From an uncultured virus (IMG/VR IMGVR_UViG_3300030339_000027) (Duplodnaviria; Heunggongvirae; Uroviricota; Caudoviricetes), in IMG/VR virus record IMGVR_UViG_3300030339_000027: a stretch of 64,000 nucleotides of DNA; one strand, written 5' to 3'. The position numbers and the translations under genes are program-made. The notes beneath the pieces were generated by a model. It worked only from the letters and a program-made list of their open reading frames with translations. It was not told the origin of the DNA and searched no databases. Positions 59,050-64,000 of the stretch are shown here, in pieces (within the stretch, counting starts at the first letter, position 1; each line of letters opens with the position of its first letter).

Positions 59050-62000
59050 ATGAGTAAATGTAAATTCACCTTAACAGTAAAAGGTAATAATATAGAATTT
59101 GATACTGAAGAACAATTAAATTCATATCTTAAAACCAATTATGACACTCTTTCTAGAGGTCATATTGGCGGAGATGTGGAATTATCTACTGTATTAGAAG
59201 GGAAAGAAAAGACAAAATTAGAACAAACTGTGGCTAAATTACAAACCATTGCTTCAAAGACTCCTGAGATAACTACTGTAGAGTTTAACGAGAATGGTGA
59301 GAGAGTAATTAAATCAGCCTATGAAGGTGTTACTAAAAGAATAAAGCGTCTTGCAAAAGCCGGGGGATTACCTGTGACTTATTATGATGAAAAAAATTAT
59401 ATTGATAATAGATTGATTCAAATACGAAGCGCACTTCGTAGGGGGGTAGGTCCGGAAACTTTAAAGGCAGACTATGCTAATATTATCTCTAAATTTACCA
59501 CAGGAGTTGAGCAATTAAAAGGAGCAGAGTCTGAAACTTATGATAAGCTAACTAAAGCTCTTATTATGCCTTTAATTATTAAAGAACAGGCACAAAGAAA
59601 ATTATTGGGAACATTTGGAACAAACTTACATAGAATGGCAGAGACATACTTTGCAAACAGATTAGAAAACTCAGATAAGTCTTTTTCCATTGGTAATTTC
59701 CCCGCAGGTATTACAAATCTTTCTACAGAAGGAAAAGAAAATTATTTACAGTATTTAAAAGAATTAACTAACTTTTTAAAGTCAGAACATGGAGATGATG
59801 TAGTTCTTCTCCCAGAATATAAAATATTTGATGATGCTACCAAATTAGTAGGAATTATTGACTTATTAGCAATAGATAGTATGGGTAAAGTTCATATTTA
59901 TGACTTTAAAGCCTCATATAAAGATCCTTCTGATTGGCATTCAGCTAAACAGATTGAATTTAAATATCAATTAGGCATTTATTCTAATATGTTGAAAAAT
60001 AAAGGATTTGATGTACGTGGAATACAGGTTTTACCTATTACCATGCTTGATATTAATTTTGATGATGAAACTATTCCAAGATTAGCCGAACATCTTCCTT
60101 TTGATGCAAGTCCCTCTGAAGATATTAAATATAATATCAATAATAGTGTTATTCCTTTAACAACTGCTGCTTTCTTTGAATCTACATCTAATAGTCATGC
60201 TATTATCACTGAAAATCTAAAAAAGGCTTGGGGATACAATTTAAAATTAAAATCATCCTACGCTAATGTTCAAGCTTTTAAAGATAGTAGTAGAGTTACA
60301 ACTGATATAAATAAACCTGGAGTATTCACTTTCTGGGATAATATTAAACGTAAGTTTATTGATAATACTGCTGAGAGTTTAGATAAAAACATTGAGAATT
60401 ACTTAAAATCAGAAGCTGAGGCAACCTCTTCTGAGTTACTCCGTTTTAAAGATTGGATGATTGCCTCTATTGCTGGGAAAAAACAACTTATAGACTTCAA
60501 AAGAAGAAGTGAGATAGGTAATATTCATATGGTAAGAGCTTTTGAAAAATATACTAAAGGAGGATGGACTTTAGTTGCAGATGATGCAGATCTAGATAGT
60601 TTAGGACTTTTAATGTTTGTAAATGAATCTAATAAGTCCGTAGAATTTGTATCTTATACAGTAAATGCTTTAAATAAAAAGGTTAAACTTCCAATTGGTT
60701 CTACTATAGTAGGAAACTTTATTTCTGATGGTAAAGGACTTGAATTACCTGATTTATTACCAGCTACAAATGGCAACATAGAATTATTAAAGACTTATTT
60801 CTATATTAATGAAAATGCAGAAAAATTAAAAGATTTTACTGTAGGTAGAGTTATGGCTTATAATCCAATTAATTCTGAATTTGTAGTAAATAACAATGAT
60901 GTGCTTAAAACTAATTTTGGATATTTAATCTCTAGATTAGAAGGTAAAAATACAACTTTAGAAGTAAATACTACTGATAAATTATTAGCTCTTCATAATC
61001 AATTTGTTGAAATTATAACTGAACCTTCTACTTCACAATCAGAAAAAGATTTAGTGAATAAATACTTAACCACTTTAAATGATTACCAGAACACTGGCCG
61101 TATGGAGAGTCTTAAAATTATACAAAAAGATTTACATATGTTATTGAACAAATATGGTCAACATAAAGTAAATAGTTTTATGTTATTTGAGGAAAAACTC
61201 TATGGTATGATCAGTGAGGCTATTGTAGCAGAAGCTGACTTAAGAATTTCTACCTCAGAAAAAGATATTCCTAAATATAGTGCAAATGGTACTATGCTTT
61301 CTAATCCTGGAAGTATTGGCTCTCGTAATTTACGTGTATTTGTGGATGTAATTAAGTTATCTATGCATAAAATACGTAGAAGACAAACTGAATTCAAAGC
61401 AACTAACGTTGAGATCTTTGATAAGTATCTAACTTCTAAAGGAAAAACTAATTTACGTAGAGCTACTGTTGGAGACAACATTAGGGCTTATGATTCTTTG
61501 TTTGAGGGAAATTCTCCTAATAAAGAACTTATTTTAAAGAATCCATATGATAAAAATACTCCACTAAATAATGAGGAAAGAGAATTTTTAAAGTATTTCT
61601 TAAAAGAAATTAATTTTAGAAGATTTAACACTCAATCTCTTGATTCTGAAACAGCTCAAGACATGATTTCAAGTAAGGAATGGTTTAAATTGCCTTTATT
61701 AAGAGCATCTAGTTCTTCAAAAGCTTCTAATATGAGTCTTAAAGGATTAAGAGATGCTACTACAGAAAATTGGAATAGTTTCTTAAATACTAATCACTTA
61801 TTTGATGAGAAAGATGAACAAGCTGTAAAAAACAGAAGTGAGGATATGTTTACTATGTTTAATGAGTTTAATTTTCATGCACATCCTGATGCTCGTATGA
61901 AATTGATCGAGCAGCAGAGTCCTAATGCATTTGAAACTAATTTAGAGAGAGTTTTAGACAATTTTGTATTTTCCGCTATTAGAAAAGAAGAATATGATGA

Positions 62001-63480
62001 CATGTTACCTATTGCTAATGCTGTACGTACTACTATCGCTTATAATGGATTTGGAGTAAACATTCCAGTTCCTAATGCCTTAGAATTTATGGATAAGTAC
62101 TCACAAGCAGCTGTTTTCAATGAAAAATCTATACCACCTGAATTAAGAGGAGTATACAAAGGGATTAGTATAATTAAGGATATTACTAGTAAAATGAACT
62201 TAGGTATTAACCCATTAAGTGGTTTTGTTAATACTTTACAGGGTTTATGGGGTAATGTGTCTAGAATTACTGCTGGTAAGTACCCAAACATGTTCGGAAA
62301 AGAAGATTATTTTTGGGCTTTGAATCATTTTTGCAAAGATTCCTCTGAATCTATGACTAAATTGACTGTTTTGGAGAATTTAAACATGATTTATGGTATC
62401 AATAATATGGATATTAATATCCTCTCAGAGGTCATGTCAAAGAATAATAGTGGTCTTTTAAACTTCAAATCCAAGTATTTATACTGGATGGCGTATGCTC
62501 CTGACTATTTTAATCGTATGACTCTTTTTATTGCTCAAATGCATAAAGATGGTTGTTTTGAAGCTCATAAGATGGTTGGAAACCAAATGGTATATGATTG
62601 GACACTTGATAAAAGATTCTCTGAGTATGCTAAAGGAAACACTTCACACCCAGACTATAATAATCAATTCTCTTTATATATGGCTGTTTTAGCTGATTTT
62701 AATAAAGAAGGGTATGCCTTAACAAAAGGACAAGCACTACCTTATGCTTATACTGGAGCGCAAAGAGAGAGTATGAAAATGTTCTCTGATAGTATTCATG
62801 GTTACTATGACCATGAAAGTAAAACACTTGCAAATAATACTATTTTAGGGGTTTTATTCTTTCAGTTTAAGACCTGGATTACTGCTAAAAAAGATCAATG
62901 GGCTCTTCATCCTGATACATATGCTATTGGGGATTATGGACCACTTGTCTTAGATGGGGTAAAGCAATTTATAGATAAAGATGGAAATCAGACTACTGAA
63001 GATACTGGTATGCCTATGATGAAAATGCAAGGCTCTTTTCAAGAGGGTATATTATATTCATTAAAAGGTATGGCTCAAGATTTTCAAGAAGCTAAATGGG
63101 ATATTGGTAAATTATGGGAAATGACGAAAGAACATCCTGAGAGAATGTCTAATATGAAATTAATGCTTTTTGATTTAGGAGTAGTTATAGCTATGGCAAT
63201 TACAACAGGTCTTATTGATTGGGATCAACTAAAAAAAGATGACACTTATGCTTATACTATGTATAGAGCCATTATCAGATCTAGTTCAGATTTAAATGTT
63301 TTAAATAACGTTACCACTGTATTAGATATGAAAAAGTCACCATTTATGTCGTTTAACTATATGGGAGATTTAATTTATGGGATGGGACCTGTATTAACAG
63401 GTGATCAAGATTTCTCTAAATATCTCTTCACAAATACTGGTCTTTTGAGGCCGTTTACACCGCTGCTTGCAACAAAGTAA
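59050..63480 (+). CDS. Giant virion protein with PD-(D/E)xK nuclease domain and helical, partly hydrophobic C-terminal region
   Basis: FGTNLHRMAE...PEYKI...GIIDLLAID...IYDFKAS...YQLGIY is a RecB/AddB-like nuclease signature. Confidence 0.78.
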   Translation: MSKCKFTLTVKGNNIEFDTEEQLNSYLKTNYDTLSRGHIGGDVELSTVLEGKEKTKLEQTVAKLQTIASKTPEITTVEFNENGERVIKSAYEGVTKRIKRLAKAGGLPVTYYDEKNYIDNRLIQIRSALRRGVGPETLKADYANIISKFTTGVEQLKGAESETYDKLTKALIMPLIIKEQAQRKLLGTFGTNLHRMAETYFANRLENSDKSFSIGNFPAGITNLSTEGKENYLQYLKELTNFLKSEHGDDVVLLPEYKIFDDATKLVGIIDLLAIDSMGKVHIYDFKASYKDPSDWHSAKQIEFKYQLGIYSNMLKNKGFDVRGIQVLPITMLDINFDDETIPRLAEHLPFDASPSEDIKYNINNSVIPLTTAAFFESTSNSHAIITENLKKAWGYNLKLKSSYANVQAFKDSSRVTTDINKPGVFTFWDNIKRKFIDNTAESLDKNIENYLKSEAEATSSELLRFKDWMIASIAGKKQLIDFKRRSEIGNIHMVRAFEKYTKGGWTLVADDADLDSLGLLMFVNESNKSVEFVSYTVNALNKKVKLPIGSTIVGNFISDGKGLELPDLLPATNGNIELLKTYFYINENAEKLKDFTVGRVMAYNPINSEFVVNNNDVLKTNFGYLISRLEGKNTTLEVNTTDKLLALHNQFVEIITEPSTSQSEKDLVNKYLTTLNDYQNTGRMESLKIIQKDLHMLLNKYGQHKVNSFMLFEEKLYGMISEAIVAEADLRISTSEKDIPKYSANGTMLSNPGSIGSRNLRVFVDVIKLSMHKIRRRQTEFKATNVEIFDKYLTSKGKTNLRRATVGDNIRAYDSLFEGNSPNKELILKNPYDKNTPLNNEEREFLKYFLKEINFRRFNTQSLDSETAQDMISSKEWFKLPLLRASSSSKASNMSLKGLRDATTENWNSFLNTNHLFDEKDEQAVKNRSEDMFTMFNEFNFHAHPDARMKLIEQQSPNAFETNLERVLDNFVFSAIRKEEYDDMLPIANAVRTTIAYNGFGVNIPVPNALEFMDKYSQAAVFNEKSIPPELRGVYKGISIIKDITSKMNLGINPLSGFVNTLQGLWGNVSRITAGKYPNMFGKEDYFWALNHFCKDSSESMTKLTVLENLNMIYGINNMDINILSEVMSKNNSGLLNFKSKYLYWMAYAPDYFNRMTLFIAQMHKDGCFEAHKMVGNQMVYDWTLDKRFSEYAKGNTSHPDYNNQFSLYMAVLADFNKEGYALTKGQALPYAYTGAQRESMKMFSDSIHGYYDHESKTLANNTILGVLFFQFKTWITAKKDQWALHPDTYAIGDYGPLVLDGVKQFIDKDGNQTTEDTGMPMMKMQGSFQEGILYSLKGMAQDFQEAKWDIGKLWEMTKEHPERMSNMKLMLFDLGVVIAMAITTGLIDWDQLKKDDTYAYTMYRAIIRSSSDLNVLNNVTTVLDMKKSPFMSFNYMGDLIYGMGPVLTGDQDFSKYLFTNTGLLRPFTPLLATK

Positions 63481-63520
63481 AAAAATAGCCCCTTAGAAAT
63501 TTCTTTCTAAGGGGCTTTTA
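63481..63520. terminator. Bidirectional terminator between convergent genes
   Basis: AGCCCCTTAGAAA-TTTC-TTTCTAAGGGGCT 13-bp stem with an A-run on the left and a T-run on the right. Confidence 0.88.
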
Positions 63521-63523
63521 ATT

Positions 63524-64000
63524 TTATGAGGAAAACATTTTAAAATATTCAGTGATTGAGGTACCTAAAGCATCTACAAAACCTTTTTTAGCTCGATCTG
63601 AATGTTTAGTACCATCAAACCAATCTTTTACTGTACCTGTGCCAAGTAAATGAGCTGCAGCAGCCATTCCATTCTCTGTAATTGGTATTCCTTTGAAACT
63701 AGTGCCTATATACTTCAAGTAAGGGGTCAACTTTTTAAGATTAATAGTTTTATAATTCAAAGCAGCATTATGTTGTGCATTTAAATCTGTATCATAATCT
63801 TGAGCAAGAATACCCACAGTTTTTAAACTATCATCATTAAATTGATATAGTCCTCTGTAAGATCCTTGTGTAGCAGTAGGTATTAAAGAGGATTCTCTTA
63901 ATCCTAATTTATATAAATAGTCTTTATTATACTCAGAAGTAGGTAACTGCTTTATTGATTGTATACTCTGTTGGACAGTTGGATTATTGGTATTAAAAGG
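63524..64000 (-). CDS. Lysozyme-like/lytic transglycosylase domain protein (5'-truncated by window)
   Basis: Frame is open to base 64000: ...YLYKLGLRESS...SYRGLYQF...GMAAAAHLLGTGTV... (catalytic ES, GLYQF and AAAH motifs). The ORF track shows only the last 97 aa. Confidence 0.7.
   Translation of the reverse strand, partial: PFNTNNPTVQQSIQSIKQLPTSEYNKDYLYKLGLRESSLIPTATQGSYRGLYQFNDDSLKTVGILAQDYDTDLNAQHNAALNYKTINLKKLTPYLKYIGTSFKGIPITENGMAAAAHLLGTGTVKDWFDGTKHSDRAKKGFVDALGTSITEYFKMFSS

Noticed and set aside
100..62291. The many 60-155 aa minus-strand and alternate-frame ORFs in the track (e.g. 6607..7011, 33087..33476, 35595..36062, 31310..31621)
   Set aside because: They lie within or substantially overlap long + strand genes and show no recognisable motifs; treated as shadow ORFs.
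1..64000. Stop-codon reassignment (TAG or TGA), known in some crAss-like phages
   Set aside because: Multi-kilobase ORFs are intact in code 11, and TGA (e.g. 3901, 5276, 7504) and TAG (4193, 15287) end genes at sensible boundaries.
1..64000. CRISPR array, tRNA genes, introns/homing endonucleases, integrase, DGR reverse transcriptase
   Set aside because: No regularly spaced repeats, cloverleaf-sized structured gaps or corresponding protein motifs seen; intergenic gaps are short and explained by terminators and promoters.

Overview
AT-rich, densely coding segment of a large tailed phage with the hallmarks of a crAss-like (Crassvirales-type) virus of Bacteroidota. Almost everything is on the + strand in the standard genetic code. 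The order is: a tail fibre with an S74 chaperone domain, a GH108 lysin, portal, a beta-helix spike, scaffold-like protein, major capsid protein, ring/auxiliary capsid proteins, two HU/IHF-like proteins, a two-gene muzzle/tail-stabilisation unit, several internal 'cargo' proteins and a DUF192 protein. These are followed by five giant tightly coupled ORFs carrying an SF1 helicase, a two-barrel virion RNA polymerase (DYDID; split over two genes), two zincin motifs and a PD-(D/E)xK nuclease. A convergent lysozyme-like gene is cut by the right edge. Bacteroidota-type TAnnTTTG promoters and intrinsic terminators punctuate the late region. The most striking unexplained pattern: at all four junctions of the five giant proteins, the upstream protein has a Cys within its last 3 residues and the downstream protein has a Cys within its first 5 residues. 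The proteins are otherwise almost Cys-free and the two free ends of the array lack Cys. This suggests a covalent head-to-tail chain of ejected proteins. All functional calls come from motif recognition by eye; no searches were run.
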